Positions 20,568-30,743 of a stretch of 64,000 nt of DNA are shown piece after piece. A model generated the notes under the pieces. The model had not been told where the DNA came from, did no database searches, and saw only the letters and a list, made by a program, of their open reading frames with translations. Within the stretch, counting starts at the first letter, position 1. Each line of letters starts with the position of its first letter. The position numbers and the translations under genes were made by a program. This DNA is from an uncultured virus (IMG/VR IMGVR_UViG_3300037993_000804) (taxonomy: Duplodnaviria; Heunggongvirae; Uroviricota; Caudoviricetes): IMG/VR virus record IMGVR_UViG_3300037993_000804; one strand, written 5' to 3'.

Positions 20568-21322
20568 CGTTTCACGCCTCCCTTGTGTTTCTTGAGCAGT
20601 ATCGGCTTGTTATACAGGAGAGCGCCGACAATCTCCGCGACCGTCTTGCGGCGTATCTCTTCGGCAGCAAAGGGGATCGCCCCCAGAAAACGGACTCCCA
20701 TTTCGGCCGCCAGCTGATACACGTCTTCCGCCTCGCGGTCGAAGGGGTTCGACAGACAGCCGCAGTTCGGGCAGATGTAGCCGGCCATGTTGGCGACGAC
20801 TCCCGCCACCGGCGTTTCGGTTTCCCGCAGAACGTCCAGGGTCTTGGCCAGGGCCAGTACCGCCAGGTCATTGGGCTGGCAGACGACGACGGCGCCGTAG
20901 ATGTTGGGTAAGTTCAGCAGCAGGGATTGAATCTCATCCCCGGAGGTGGGCGGCGTGTCCACCACGATCCAGTCGAGGTCCGGCGCCCAGGCGATAGAGC
21001 TGGTGGCGATTTGCTTGACGGCTTCGGCCTTCTGCTGTCCGTCCCACATGTTGGCTTCCGTGTCTTTGAAGAGCAGCCCGACGGAGAAGATCTGAAAACC
21101 TTCCCACTCGATGGGCCGCAGCTTGCCGCCGAGAATCGGGTCATAACCGGGGTCGGTGGCCATGTGGAGCGCCCGGGGCAGGGCGGAAGCGTGGATATCG
21201 ACATCGAGCAGGCCGACTTTGAACGATCTTTCTTGCAGGGCTTTGGCGATGGAAATGCAGGTGGTAGTTTTACCCGTCCCACCCTTAAGGCTGCAAACGA
21301 CGAGCTGGTTGGGATTTTTCAT
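20540..21322 (-). CDS. mrp: Mrp/NBP35 family P-loop NTPase (Fe-S cluster carrier)
   Basis: KGGTGKTT, VGLLDVDI, LDWIVVDTPP, VVANMAGYICPNCG, FLGAIP. Confidence 0.88.
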   Translation of the reverse strand: MKNPNQLVVCSLKGGTGKTTTCISIAKALQERSFKVGLLDVDIHASALPRALHMATDPGYDPILGGKLRPIEWEGFQIFSVGLLFKDTEANMWDGQQKAEAVKQIATSSIAWAPDLDWIVVDTPPTSGDEIQSLLLNLPNIYGAVVVCQPNDLAVLALAKTLDVLRETETPVAGVVANMAGYICPNCGCLSNPFDREAEDVYQLAAEMGVRFLGAIPFAAEEIRRKTVAEIVGALLYNKPILLKKHKGGVKRWLISKILT

Positions 21323-21339
21323 TGAGCCTCCTGTCTTTG

Positions 21340-21529
21340 GAAAAACGGAGAGGCGGCCGTTCCAAAATTGCCCCATCCCCTATAGGCAATTAAAGAATCA
21401 GCCGCCTCTTCGTCAAGCCAGCGGTCGGGAGGGAAACCTCAAGGTAGTCTGGACCGGATTTTGACCCGGCCGCTCCATCAGTCCCCCTAACCCGACTTAC
21501 ACCTTACCACACCGGGTAAAACTTGTCAA
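21340..21529 (-). promoter_or_regulatory. Sigma70-type promoter with ~170-nt structured leader ending in a terminator-like stem
   Basis: TTGACA(21529-21524)-N17-TAAGGT; GAAGAGGCGGC...GCCGCCTCTCC-GTTTTT before the mrp RBS. Confidence 0.65.
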
Positions 21530-21534
21530 GAGGG

Positions 21535-22686
21535 TCAAGTTTTATCCTTGGGCGGATTCAGATAATAGAATCTTCCCTGCCGGCCCGCTACTTTGGAGTA
21601 GATGTTCAGGGTATCGGCCACGGCCTTGCCGATCTTGCATTTGGAGGGCGTCGGCTGCGGGTACGGCGGCTGCGGCGGGATTACGCCGTCCGGAACCATG
21701 TGCTGCATTTGCGCGTCCAGTTCGCTGAAAACTATCCAGAAATAACCGGGCGTATTCTTGCCGTTGACCATGCAGCCTTTAGCCCAACCGGTACCCCAGG
21801 AATTGCGGCAGAGGTAAGCGCCGAGCGATGCGCTGTAACCGACCACGCCGATATCATGCTCGCCGACGACCGGGTCGCTGTCGCCCAGATGAATGTAAAC
21901 CCCGCCGTCATAATTATAGAAAGACTGATGGACCACGAACGACGCGTTGAGCGGCGTGGTATCCAGCATGACTTGAATGTCCGTCGGGTCGGTGAGGGTG
22001 TCCCAGCTGGCCAGCTTTTTGCCGCCGGTCCACCAGTTGGCGCAAATCCCGGCGCCGCAAGCCTGATCCACGTCCCGGTAGGGCAGGCAGGCTTCGGTAC
22101 AAACGCCGTTGAGCAGAAAAGCCAGCGTATTGGGAATGGTATTGCCGTCCGTGCAATTACCGCCGCTGCAGATGAAGACGTGAGCCTCGGACAGCTTGAT
22201 CGGATCGGTGGGTAGATTTTCCGCGATGCGGATGCAGGCTTCCATAATACCGATATTGCCGAAAGCCGTGCAGGAGCCGCAGTTACCTTGATCCTGAATC
22301 GGGCTCATCCACTGGAGCAGAACGCTCGACCCCGAGGGCGTTCCCTTCAATTTCCGGCCCGGCGCCGGCACTTTTGGGTTTTCTTCCCGCTTCAGACCGA
22401 ACCGGCGGCGCTGCAGCGCGGGGTGGAGCTCGCTAACGGAGGTCAGGGCGGCGGTCCAGGTGGTCGGATTGACCTCGACCACATCCACCGGAATGCCCTC
22501 GATCTCTTTCGGGAGAATAGAATTCGGTTCCATCAGAGATTCCGGCAATTTCTTTCTGACCTGGACGGTAATCGCCGGTACCTTGGTGTCTACACCCTTT
22601 GTAAATTTGGTTCCCAGGCCGACGTTGAGAACATAAGCGTACTTTTTCAGTTCTTCCCAATGGCGGTCTAACACTTGTTCACTCAT
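21535..22686 (-). CDS. Papain-family (C1A) cysteine peptidase with N-terminal extension
   Basis: QDQGNCGSCTAF, LSEAH, EHDIGVVGY, RNSWG. Confidence 0.93.
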   Translation of the reverse strand: MSEQVLDRHWEELKKYAYVLNVGLGTKFTKGVDTKVPAITVQVRKKLPESLMEPNSILPKEIEGIPVDVVEVNPTTWTAALTSVSELHPALQRRRFGLKREENPKVPAPGRKLKGTPSGSSVLLQWMSPIQDQGNCGSCTAFGNIGIMEACIRIAENLPTDPIKLSEAHVFICSGGNCTDGNTIPNTLAFLLNGVCTEACLPYRDVDQACGAGICANWWTGGKKLASWDTLTDPTDIQVMLDTTPLNASFVVHQSFYNYDGGVYIHLGDSDPVVGEHDIGVVGYSASLGAYLCRNSWGTGWAKGCMVNGKNTPGYFWIVFSELDAQMQHMVPDGVIPPQPPYPQPTPSKCKIGKAVADTLNIYSKVAGRQGRFYYLNPPKDKT

Positions 22687-23043
22687 AAAATCTCCTTAAC
22701 CATACCAGACTGAGGGGAATTTCACCTGCCGGCAGAACCACTCGAAGTCGGTGTTCTTACCGCATTTGGGACAGATGCAAAGCGGATTCGGCGGATATTT
22801 GGGCCGCCCCTCGACGGTCAATTTGAACTTTTTCTTGCACTCCCGGCAAACCATGATGTAGGTTGTTTGAGTCGACATCAGTAACCCCTCGTTTGCCAGC
22901 ATGAAATCAGTTCCTGAACAACGTCGTCGTAGGTCCGTTTTCCGGTTTTGAGAGTCTTCAATCTCGATTTTGTTAGTTCGGAAACAGGAACGCGGACCCA
23001 TTTCCGGGTGTTGTCGGGCTTATTCATGGGCCCTCATTAACTC

Positions 23044-23421
23044 CTAGTACCGGCGGTAGAACGCCATAAAGATATACCGGCTGGAAGCCTTGGTGGTCAG
23101 GCCGGACGGAGGGCTGATCTTTGCCGGAGCGTGGGGCGCGATGGATTTGATGAAAGCGCCGGCAACCCCGGAAATCGCTGCCGTCAGACCCATGCCGGAC
23201 AAGAAAGCGCCGATGCAGGACAGGGCATTGTTGGTGATCCCGGAATAGTTGAAACCTTCGGCAATACCGGCCGCGGTCCCGGCGGAAACGATCAGCGCCG
23301 TAAGCACGCTGACTCCAGACAGCGGCGGGCGGGGACTCTGACTCGCCCATTGCAGGAATGCGTTGGCCACGGCCCCGAGCCACGCGAAGAACGCCACCAG
23401 AATGATGATCGCCGTTGACAT
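23044..23421 (-). CDS. Small multi-pass membrane protein (holin-like)
   Basis: About 3 hydrophobic helices and a basic C-terminus. Confidence 0.55.
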   Translation of the reverse strand: MSTAIIILVAFFAWLGAVANAFLQWASQSPRPPLSGVSVLTALIVSAGTAAGIAEGFNYSGITNNALSCIGAFLSGMGLTAAISGVAGAFIKSIAPHAPAKISPPSGLTTKASSRYIFMAFYRRY

Positions 23422-23457
23422 TGTAGGACCCATTTTAGTTACCTCCCGTTTTTATTT

Positions 23458-24471
23458 TTACTTTGCCCTACTAATGACAAAATCTAACAGTTGGTCGAAT
23501 TCATCTGCCCAGGATTTGGACATACCCAGGTCAGCCAGCAACTTTTTCGCCTGCTGCGCATGGGATGAAATTACCGCTTTCGCTTCTTTGTCGATGCACA
23601 TGCTTTCGAGCCAGGAGCGCATTGCCCCGGAGTCTTCCGGCACCACTTTCAGAGCTTCCAGCCACGGGATTACTTTATCCGGGTATTCTTCCATCGCGAT
23701 GACCACGGGCAGCGAACGTTTGCCTTCTGCCAGGTCATTGGAGGTTTTGCCGACCTCGCCGGCATCGCCCCATATTCCCAGGTAATCGTCTTGCATCTGA
23801 AACACCCGGCCCAGCAGGATGCCGAAACGCCGGGCGGCCGCCCGCCAGATCTCGGGCTGATTGCCGCAGTACCCGCCGATTTCACAGGCCGCCCCGAAGA
23901 GCGCGCCGGTCTTGCGGTCGATCATCTCCTGATAGATGGGAAACGGTACGGACATTTGTCCCTCGAAGGAAATATCCGAGTACTGCCCGCGGGTCAAATC
24001 GATCACCGCATTTTCCAGAATTTCGAGAACATCGAGGATATTCCCCTCAGAATAACAGAAGTTCTTCATGCGCATGGCGGTCAAACGGCCAAAACAGGAA
24101 AGCGCCAGTCCGGCGTTGATCGCCTGCTCGGAAGAGAAAACCTTCCAGGCGGCCGGCTGGTTATTGCGCTCCAGCCCTTTATCCTGTATGTCGTCGAAGA
24201 TCAGCGAAGTCCGGTGAATCAGTTCGAGCGCCGCGGCCGGCGAAACGGCCACCAGCGGATTTTTGCCGCAACCGGCGCAGACAGCCATGCACATGGCGGG
24301 CCGGATCATTTTTCCCTTCATCTGGTTGGCCGGGTTTCCTTTTCCATCGGCAAGTCCCAAATGGTAGAGATAAATTTCGTCCAAACCGAAGAGGGGGGAC
24401 CTCGGCATTCCGAGACTGGATTTTATCTCGGTGGAGATTAGGACTCGGAAATCCGAAAGTTTGCTGCTCAT
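23458..24471 (-). CDS. Trans-polyprenyl diphosphate synthase (GGPP synthase-like)
   Basis: GKMIRP, ELIHRTSLIFDDIQD...R (FARM), GQ.SD, KTGALF, FQMQDDYLG, DLAEGKRS. Confidence 0.95.
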   Translation of the reverse strand: MSSKLSDFRVLISTEIKSSLGMPRSPLFGLDEIYLYHLGLADGKGNPANQMKGKMIRPAMCMAVCAGCGKNPLVAVSPAAALELIHRTSLIFDDIQDKGLERNNQPAAWKVFSSEQAINAGLALSCFGRLTAMRMKNFCYSEGNILDVLEILENAVIDLTRGQYSDISFEGQMSVPFPIYQEMIDRKTGALFGAACEIGGYCGNQPEIWRAAARRFGILLGRVFQMQDDYLGIWGDAGEVGKTSNDLAEGKRSLPVVIAMEEYPDKVIPWLEALKVVPEDSGAMRSWLESMCIDKEAKAVISSHAQQAKKLLADLGMSKSWADEFDQLLDFVISRAK

Positions 24472-24500
24472 GCGCTCATACCTCCGCCGGAAAATTTCCC

Positions 24501-24553
24501 TTGCAAAAGCCCAAGTTATGGCCTATTATAGACTTTAGCTTTTGATTTTTCAA
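24501..24553. promoter_or_regulatory. Overlapping divergent sigma70 promoters
   Basis: + strand: TTGCAA(24501)-N17-TATTAT. - strand: TTGAAA(24553)-N17-TATAAT(24530-24525). Confidence 0.7.
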
Positions 24554-24590
24554 GACATCCGCAAAACGGCAGCCAGATAGGAGGCGTACA

Positions 24591-25769
24591 ATGTTGAATC
24601 CATTTCTGCAAAAGACCCTCTACTCTCAACCCGTCCAGCCGGTCATGGTTGAAATCGATCCCGCCAAATTCTCCCAAACCCTGAGTCAAATCCAGGGATT
24701 ATTCGGCGCCAGCGGTCTTTTCGGGGCCAAGCCGCCCATGTTGCTGGCGATTCCTTTCTTCAGCTTTGCCGGTCTAACCCAGGTCACCCCGGAAACCATT
24801 CTGGCGATCAATAACCTGCCCGGCGTCCGCGCCGTCCACGCGGATGTAGTCAATAATATCCTGATGGCGCCGACCGACTCGACAACCTGGTGGCCCACGT
24901 CCCAGAGCCGCTTGATGTTAGGCGCCGATGTGGCCAACAAGGCGGGTTACACCGGAGAATCGGTTACCGTCGGGATCTGCGACACCGGCGTAGATGCCCT
25001 TCATCCGCAGCTGCGGGGCACCGAATTCTATACGACCATGATCGACAAAGAGATCATCGACGAAGTCGGCCACGGTTCTCACGTCGCTTCGACGATTGGG
25101 GGAAAGACCCTGAATTCCATCGGCGGCATCCCGGTCCAGGGCGTTTCGCAGGCCCGGATGATCTGCGTGAAATGCATGGGACGCGGTGTCGGTACCGGTT
25201 TCAACTCGGAAATCGCTAACGCCATGGCCCTCTGCGCCCAGAAGGGCGCCCAGGTAATCTCGATGAGTCTCGGCTCGGATTCGCCCCAGGGCGGCATCGC
25301 CAACGATCCGCTCTGCCGGATGGTCAGCGCACTCACGCAACAGGGAATTATCGTTGTCATCGCGGCCGGCAACTCTGGTCCGGACCCGAACACCATCGAT
25401 TCGCCCGGATGCAGCCCCGATGCCCTCACGGTGGCGGCCGTCAATCCCGACGGCTCCGTGGCGTCGTTCTCCAGCCGCGGCGGTTCAACTTATCCCGGTA
25501 AACCGGATTGCGCCGGTCCGGGCGTGCTGATCTACTCGGGCACCAGCGAACTATCGCCCATGTCGGTGGAGCAGCCGAAGGCGGGCTATGGCTACGTCGC
25601 AATTTCCGGCACCTCGATGGCGACCCCGCATGTGGCCGGCCTGGTGGCCCTGCTCAAGCAAAGAACACCCACCCTGACCACGCCTCAAGTCAAATCGGTA
25701 CTGGCGTCCCAGGGCAATTCCTGGAACCCGGACACCGGTTTCGGCGTTCCCAACTGGAATATGTTCTAA
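24591..25769 (+). CDS. Subtilisin-family (S8) serine protease, no signal peptide
   Basis: ICDTGVD, GHGSHVAS, AAGNSG, SGTSMATPHVAG. Confidence 0.95.
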   Translation: MLNPFLQKTLYSQPVQPVMVEIDPAKFSQTLSQIQGLFGASGLFGAKPPMLLAIPFFSFAGLTQVTPETILAINNLPGVRAVHADVVNNILMAPTDSTTWWPTSQSRLMLGADVANKAGYTGESVTVGICDTGVDALHPQLRGTEFYTTMIDKEIIDEVGHGSHVASTIGGKTLNSIGGIPVQGVSQARMICVKCMGRGVGTGFNSEIANAMALCAQKGAQVISMSLGSDSPQGGIANDPLCRMVSALTQQGIIVVIAAGNSGPDPNTIDSPGCSPDALTVAAVNPDGSVASFSSRGGSTYPGKPDCAGPGVLIYSGTSELSPMSVEQPKAGYGYVAISGTSMATPHVAGLVALLKQRTPTLTTPQVKSVLASQGNSWNPDTGFGVPNWNMF

Positions 25770-25786
25770 TAAGGAGGACCGCGACC

Positions 25787-26278
25787 ATGCCGAGAAAGAC
25801 CGTAGCGCCGCCGCGATTACCGGTACTGCCGGACCATTTGCCGGGAGAAGAATCCATTTCCCGGAGTGTGGACAAGTTTCTCGACTTCATGGAGCGAGAG
25901 CCGCTGCACAAGGGGATCAACCGTCTGGTAGACAAAATTCCCATCGTGCCCTCCACCGATTTCGCCACACCGCTCGGGGTTTACAAGACCCCGGAGGTTT
26001 ACGTTCCGGAACTTCAGCCGGCGCGTTTCGATGCCAAACACCGCGAAGCTTTCAAAGCGGCGGTGCTGTCGGACGTTGCCGAGCTGGTTGATGCCATCCC
26101 CTTCCTGGGCGCCGCCGCCGACCCGGTTTCGCATACGCTGGAAGACAACGCTTATGCCAAAATCACGGAGACGTTGACGCCCCAAGAGCTCACTTATTTC
26201 AAGAGCTACGACGACGTGGACCCGTTCAGCGTGATTGCGATGATACGGACCATGGTACGGACGCAAAGGGAGAGTTAA
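25787..26278 (+). CDS. Hypothetical protein
   Basis: AAGGAGG RBS with ATG 25787. Confidence 0.65.
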   Translation: MPRKTVAPPRLPVLPDHLPGEESISRSVDKFLDFMEREPLHKGINRLVDKIPIVPSTDFATPLGVYKTPEVYVPELQPARFDAKHREAFKAAVLSDVAELVDAIPFLGAAADPVSHTLEDNAYAKITETLTPQELTYFKSYDDVDPFSVIAMIRTMVRTQRES

Positions 26279-26279
26279 C

Positions 26280-26582
26280 ATGGTATCAGGGAAAAATGGC
26301 CCGGGTGGAGGCAACGATACCTCCAATTTCTTCGCGTTACTGGCGCACCTGCCCTCGCCGGAGGCAATGTACAAAGAGATTAAGCGGATGAACGATAATC
26401 TCGAACGCATTCAGCCGGACATATCGAAACTGGCGAACGGCATCGGCACGGTGAACCCCCAGGATCTCCGCAACTTGACTTCGGCGATGCAGGGAATTGA
26501 CGCTTCAAAGTTCCTGCTGGCCTTGAATGAGGCCAACGGCACGATCAAGAACCTCTACAACAAGCTGTGGGGAAAGCCGTGA
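26280..26582 (+). CDS. Hypothetical helical protein
   Basis: RBS and operon packing. Confidence 0.6.
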   Translation: MVSGKNGPGGGNDTSNFFALLAHLPSPEAMYKEIKRMNDNLERIQPDISKLANGIGTVNPQDLRNLTSAMQGIDASKFLLALNEANGTIKNLYNKLWGKP

Positions 26583-26833
26583 GTTATCACCCGGATTCAA
26601 TGAGTCAGGCCCGCATGCTCATGGCTCTGAATATCCTGGCCGGCAATGGACCGGTGCCCGCCCTCCCGAGGGCGACGACGCTGGACGAAGAGCAGCGCGC
26701 CGTCGTGAAATCGTTCACGGACGTCAGAACGCAGGGCTACGGGGAAATTCGGGTAACCGTGATTGCCAGTCATCTGGACACGGTCTATACGACCCAGGTG
26801 CGCAAGCGGCGAGACTTTGAGAATCAGGGATGA
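26579..26833 (+). CDS. Small protein with DUF2292/YezD-like C-terminus
   Basis: VRTQGYGEIRVTVIASHLDTV pattern; start uncertain. Confidence 0.45.
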   Translation: MSYHPDSMSQARMLMALNILAGNGPVPALPRATTLDEEQRAVVKSFTDVRTQGYGEIRVTVIASHLDTVYTTQVRKRRDFENQG

Positions 26834-26840
26834 CAGGTAC

Positions 26841-26973
26841 TTGACAAGACCAATTTAATGGAGTAGATTTTATATGTCGCCCCCGTGTGGGGCGTGGATT
26901 GAAACAAACAAACGACCAGCCAGCGAGAAAGACGAGGCGGGACACACAGATTGTGTCTCGCCTTTTTCTTTTT
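26841..26973 (+). ncRNA. Promoter + solitary type I-C CRISPR repeat + terminator, cassette 1
   Basis: TTGACA-N17-TAGATT; GTCGCCCCCGTGTGGGGCGTGGATTGAAAC (26876-26905); stem 26935-26963 plus T tract. Confidence 0.8.
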
Positions 26974-27001
26974 GTAATGCTTTTGAAAGGAGGGAGAACA
27001 C

Positions 27002-27355
27002 ATGGCCCGCAATAACAGCATGGGGTTGCCCAATCCGGGAAACTTGAGATCTCCTCTCGAAGGCGTTGACCTTGTCGCAGACGGCATCAACCGACTGGGG
27101 GCTCTTCCGGGCCAGTTCGTCGGTCGTGTGCTGGATGCATCGGGCAATGCTTTCAACCAGGTGACCTCGGATCTTGAGAATCCCCGCCAGCAACCTGAGC
27201 GACCAATCCCGCCCGACGTGCTCCTGAAACCCATCCCCCAAGCAGTTGGACACATGGTTGGCGGCGTCATCGATGTGGTTAAATCCGGCGCCGATGCTAT
27301 CGTCCAGAACGTGGACGGAGCGCGCAGTGAGCTCGAAACTTTCGTCCGGGGATAA
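27002..27355 (+). CDS. Hypothetical amphipathic protein (putative virion component)
   Basis: GGAGG RBS; first gene after cassette 1. Confidence 0.6.
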   Translation: MARNNSMGLPNPGNLRSPLEGVDLVADGINRLGALPGQFVGRVLDASGNAFNQVTSDLENPRQQPERPIPPDVLLKPIPQAVGHMVGGVIDVVKSGADAIVQNVDGARSELETFVRG

Positions 27356-27393
27356 AGGTTTATTCCCAAGAATAATTAGTTAGGAGGCCAGAA

Positions 27394-27789
27394 ATGGCGA
27401 ATGGAGCATCACCTTTAGCAGCCCCGTTTTCCCAGCTGAAACAACTGGGGACGCAGGGCGTACAGAGTGTCAACAGCCTGAACCTGAATCTCGCCCAGGC
27501 GCTTAACCAGGGCCTCGACGTTCTGTCCCAGGGTTTGCCCGCCCTTCCCACGCCCGGCGGTCAGTCCCTTTCCCTCCCACAGTTACCCGGTTTACCCGGC
27601 GGCCAGTCCGCCCCGGGCGCAGGCCCCGCAGGGTTACTGCCGTCCCAGCTGACCCAGGCACTGTCCAATGTCAATCCCCTGAATTTCCTCGGCGCACTCG
27701 GCAAAGCGCCGAACCCCGCTCCGGCCAATCAACCCGCGGCACCCGCAGCGGTCGCACCCACCAAGGTTACCCAGTTCCGGGGAATGTAG
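27394..27789 (+). CDS. Pro/Gly/Gln/Leu-rich protein (putative virion component)
   Basis: AGTTAGGAGGCCA RBS shared with the next two genes. Confidence 0.6.
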   Translation: MANGASPLAAPFSQLKQLGTQGVQSVNSLNLNLAQALNQGLDVLSQGLPALPTPGGQSLSLPQLPGLPGGQSAPGAGPAGLLPSQLTQALSNVNPLNFLGALGKAPNPAPANQPAAPAAVAPTKVTQFRGM

Positions 27790-27817
27790 ATTCCCAAAAA
27801 TATTAAGTTAGGAGGCC

Positions 27818-28675
27818 ATGTTTAACATGCCAAGAGATTGGGGTAACACCATTACCGTGGCGAGCGTTCTCGCCAATACCGCGACTCAGTCCGGAACTCC
27901 GAAGACTTATTATCCGACTGACAACACGCAAACCAAAGAGCAGCTTCAGTCCAGTTATATCGCCACCGAGCAAATCACGATCAACGGCCGGTCTTATACC
28001 CTGAACCAGATCACCCAATGGGATGTCAAAGTCTTCGCGGATGAACTGGATGCGCGTCTCCGCCGGATGAACCCCTTCATCTGGGAAATCTTCGCCAATA
28101 ACGCCCTCAACTGCCTGGTGGCCATGCGGTTGGCGAACAACGAAGACAGTCAGGGATTCGGCGGCGCCGTTGGTAGCGGCAATGCCATCGACGATGCGAT
28201 CTTCGCCGCCCGGACCTTCTATGATCCCGACAACCAGCCCAATAACCGCCGGAATTCATGGGAGCGGACCATTGCCGCCACCGGCCCTAAGGATTTCATT
28301 GTCGGCGCCACCTCCGGTTCTTCGCTCTCGCTGACGAAGTACGAATCCATGATCTTCCTGGCCTGGTACAATCCGACCGATGCCCCGCTGGTCGATATGT
28401 TCCAGATCACTTACAACACCATTGCCTACGACTGGCAGGAAGTTGATTTCGAAGAGAACAACATCCAGCAGGGCGATGTGGTCTGTGAGTGGAAAGAGCC
28501 CTGGATTCTCCCGCCCAACGAATCCGGCTATGTGGCCGTGGATTACTACAAGACGGGTCTCGACATGATGCGTCCCATCGGCCTGTACTTCAAAGAATCC
28601 AAGAATATGCGCCAAATGGCTTCGAGCCCCGCTGGTACACAGCCGACCTCTGGCGTCGCAATGGGCCAGAACTAA
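27818..28675 (+). CDS. Candidate major capsid protein (helical N-terminus, beta-rich C-terminus)
   Basis: Strong RBS, downstream hairpin, 285 aa. The function is an inference from context. Confidence 0.45.
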   Translation: MFNMPRDWGNTITVASVLANTATQSGTPKTYYPTDNTQTKEQLQSSYIATEQITINGRSYTLNQITQWDVKVFADELDARLRRMNPFIWEIFANNALNCLVAMRLANNEDSQGFGGAVGSGNAIDDAIFAARTFYDPDNQPNNRRNSWERTIAATGPKDFIVGATSGSSLSLTKYESMIFLAWYNPTDAPLVDMFQITYNTIAYDWQEVDFEENNIQQGDVVCEWKEPWILPPNESGYVAVDYYKTGLDMMRPIGLYFKESKNMRQMASSPAGTQPTSGVAMGQN

Positions 28676-28797
28676 ACTCGACAATCTGGGCTGGCTAATC
28701 GCAAGGTTAGCCAGCCTCTACCGCAGGCTGTCGGAAGGTTTAAGCCTCCGGGGATGAATCCACGTGAGGAAACAGCCATATAGTTAGGAGGCCAGAG

Positions 28798-29634
28798 ATG
28801 GCACGAAGAGTTATTACCCCGGCGTCAAGAGTCAACGGCGACCTTGACCTTAAAGTTGAACCCCGGTACGGCAACCGGACCTCGCGTCTTTATATCGGCG
28901 GACGGCTGCTCGCCTATCAGGAAATCAACCTGAATCTGGGCTCGTCAGTCCAGAACTACCGGCTCGGCGCACGCGCGCTGGCGGATGAGTCCATCTACCG
29001 CTATTGTTACAATGGCGGCGGGGCCCTGGCTGCGGGCGTTCTGGTCCAGTCACCGGTACCCCCCACCGATTGGAAGGGCCTGGCGCTGGTCACCAACACC
29101 GTCGCCGGCGCGACGTCCTTCACCATTACCCTGGGCGCCACCACGGCTGTCACCCTGAACCAGCTGGCGGGCGGTTACCTCTGCTGCGACGCGGGAGCAG
29201 GCGGCGTCGGCGTCCGTCTGCGCATCGCCGGCAACACGGCGGCCACCGCGACCAATCCCACCACGATTACCACGGTGGATGCGGCCCCGGTCGCTTTCAC
29301 CGCCGGCACCCATACCTTCCAGTTCACGATGAGCCCCTACATGAACGTCATCGTGACACCCGGGACAACTCCCCCGACGGCCAAGGTCCTGGGGGCAACG
29401 ATCTGCGCGGTCAGCATCAATTACTACTTCTGGCTGTGCACCCGTGGCCCGGTCGTGCTCACCAATACCACCGGCACCCCGACTTCCGGCCAGACGGCGG
29501 TGGCCAGTCTTACCGGCGTGGGGACTTTCGATGAAGCCCCGGCCGAATGGATTGCGACCACCATGCCGATCGGCACAGTGAGAAGAACGGCCAGCGGCTC
29601 CGGTGTCACCACGATTGACCTGATGCTGGAGTAA
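28798..29634 (+). CDS. Beta-rich Gly/Thr/Ala structural protein (decoration/spike-like)
   Basis: YRYCYNGGGALAAG...YYFWLCTRGP resembles viral cement/decoration proteins. Confidence 0.55.
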   Translation: MARRVITPASRVNGDLDLKVEPRYGNRTSRLYIGGRLLAYQEINLNLGSSVQNYRLGARALADESIYRYCYNGGGALAAGVLVQSPVPPTDWKGLALVTNTVAGATSFTITLGATTAVTLNQLAGGYLCCDAGAGGVGVRLRIAGNTAATATNPTTITTVDAAPVAFTAGTHTFQFTMSPYMNVIVTPGTTPPTAKVLGATICAVSINYYFWLCTRGPVVLTNTTGTPTSGQTAVASLTGVGTFDEAPAEWIATTMPIGTVRRTASGSGVTTIDLMLE

Positions 29635-29717
29635 TTGGTCACCAATTTAGCTACCACAACGACGGCGCCGGGGCGGGAAGCCGTCCCGGTGCCGTGCAAT
29701 AATTTAGGAGGCGAGTA

Positions 29718-30347
29718 ATGCTAGAACTGAAGCAAAAGCCCCAGTTCAATATCCAATTACCGCCCCGGATGCTGGAAGAGGGTTATCTGGTCTACTTCCC
29801 GACCACCTGGCCGTCGACCTATAATAATGTCCGAGGTCAGATGTTTCAGGTATCGGTAGCCAAGCAGATACCTTATGACATTCCGTATATCATCCCGGGT
29901 GGCGATTACCGCGACGTGGATTTCAGCAACGGCGGCGGTACCTTCCAGGAAAACCTCTACCCCGAGAACGATGTTACCCTGGAACAAATCGGCGTCAGTT
30001 TCAAAGAAGGCGATTTCCTGGCCGAGTTCTTCATCCCGGCCAATACCACCTACGACTATCTGGAATACGCCGGCATGACCCCGACGCTCACCGACCCGAA
30101 GCTGATTTATCTTGGCGCCTACCGCTGGCAGGATAGCCCGTACAAAGACCCGCAGTTCTTCTTCTACGCGATCCACAAGTTGACCCCGTTGATCATGCGT
30201 CTCTATGCCGAGAAGAATGTCGATTTCGCCCACATCATGACCGGCCTGATCGTCAACAAGATGCTGCTCTCCCCGATCCCGAACCCGACCCAGGCGCAGC
30301 AGACCCAGGCCAAGGTCATCCATTATTATGACGAGTTGAAATGGTAA
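29718..30347 (+). CDS. Putative structural protein
   Basis: RBS; aromatic, beta-rich; in operon. Confidence 0.6.
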   Translation: MLELKQKPQFNIQLPPRMLEEGYLVYFPTTWPSTYNNVRGQMFQVSVAKQIPYDIPYIIPGGDYRDVDFSNGGGTFQENLYPENDVTLEQIGVSFKEGDFLAEFFIPANTTYDYLEYAGMTPTLTDPKLIYLGAYRWQDSPYKDPQFFFYAIHKLTPLIMRLYAEKNVDFAHIMTGLIVNKMLLSPIPNPTQAQQTQAKVIHYYDELKW

Positions 30348-30359
30348 GGAGGATTTAAC

Positions 30360-30728
30360 ATGCCATCCGAAGTAGTTACCGCCACCAATACTCCGGCCGT
30401 TGGCTCCGGATCGCCTCCCGGTGCGTTAGTCGCCGCCCAGATCACCGTCAAGAACCATGAGCTGAAAAGCATCATCATCGACAACAAGCAGGGGGCGTCT
30501 GACCATCAGGTGATCATTTACGATTCTTTCACGCCTTCGATCACGAACGGCGTTGCCTCTCCCGTTTTCACCACCGAAGAACGCTTCGTCATGGACGTGA
30601 TCATGGGAGACGTGGAAAGCTTTAACGAAGAGGACCTGAGGGGCATCCGGTGTATCGGCGCGCTCAGCGTACTGGCGGATTCCGTCGATACGAAGTGCGT
30701 CATCACGGTCGGCTACGAAAGCAAATAG
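30360..30728 (+). CDS. Small all-beta putative structural protein
   Basis: Alternating hydrophobic strands. Confidence 0.6.
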   Translation: MPSEVVTATNTPAVGSGSPPGALVAAQITVKNHELKSIIIDNKQGASDHQVIIYDSFTPSITNGVASPVFTTEERFVMDVIMGDVESFNEEDLRGIRCIGALSVLADSVDTKCVITVGYESK

Positions 30729-30743
30729 CGGGAGGGCTCAGCC

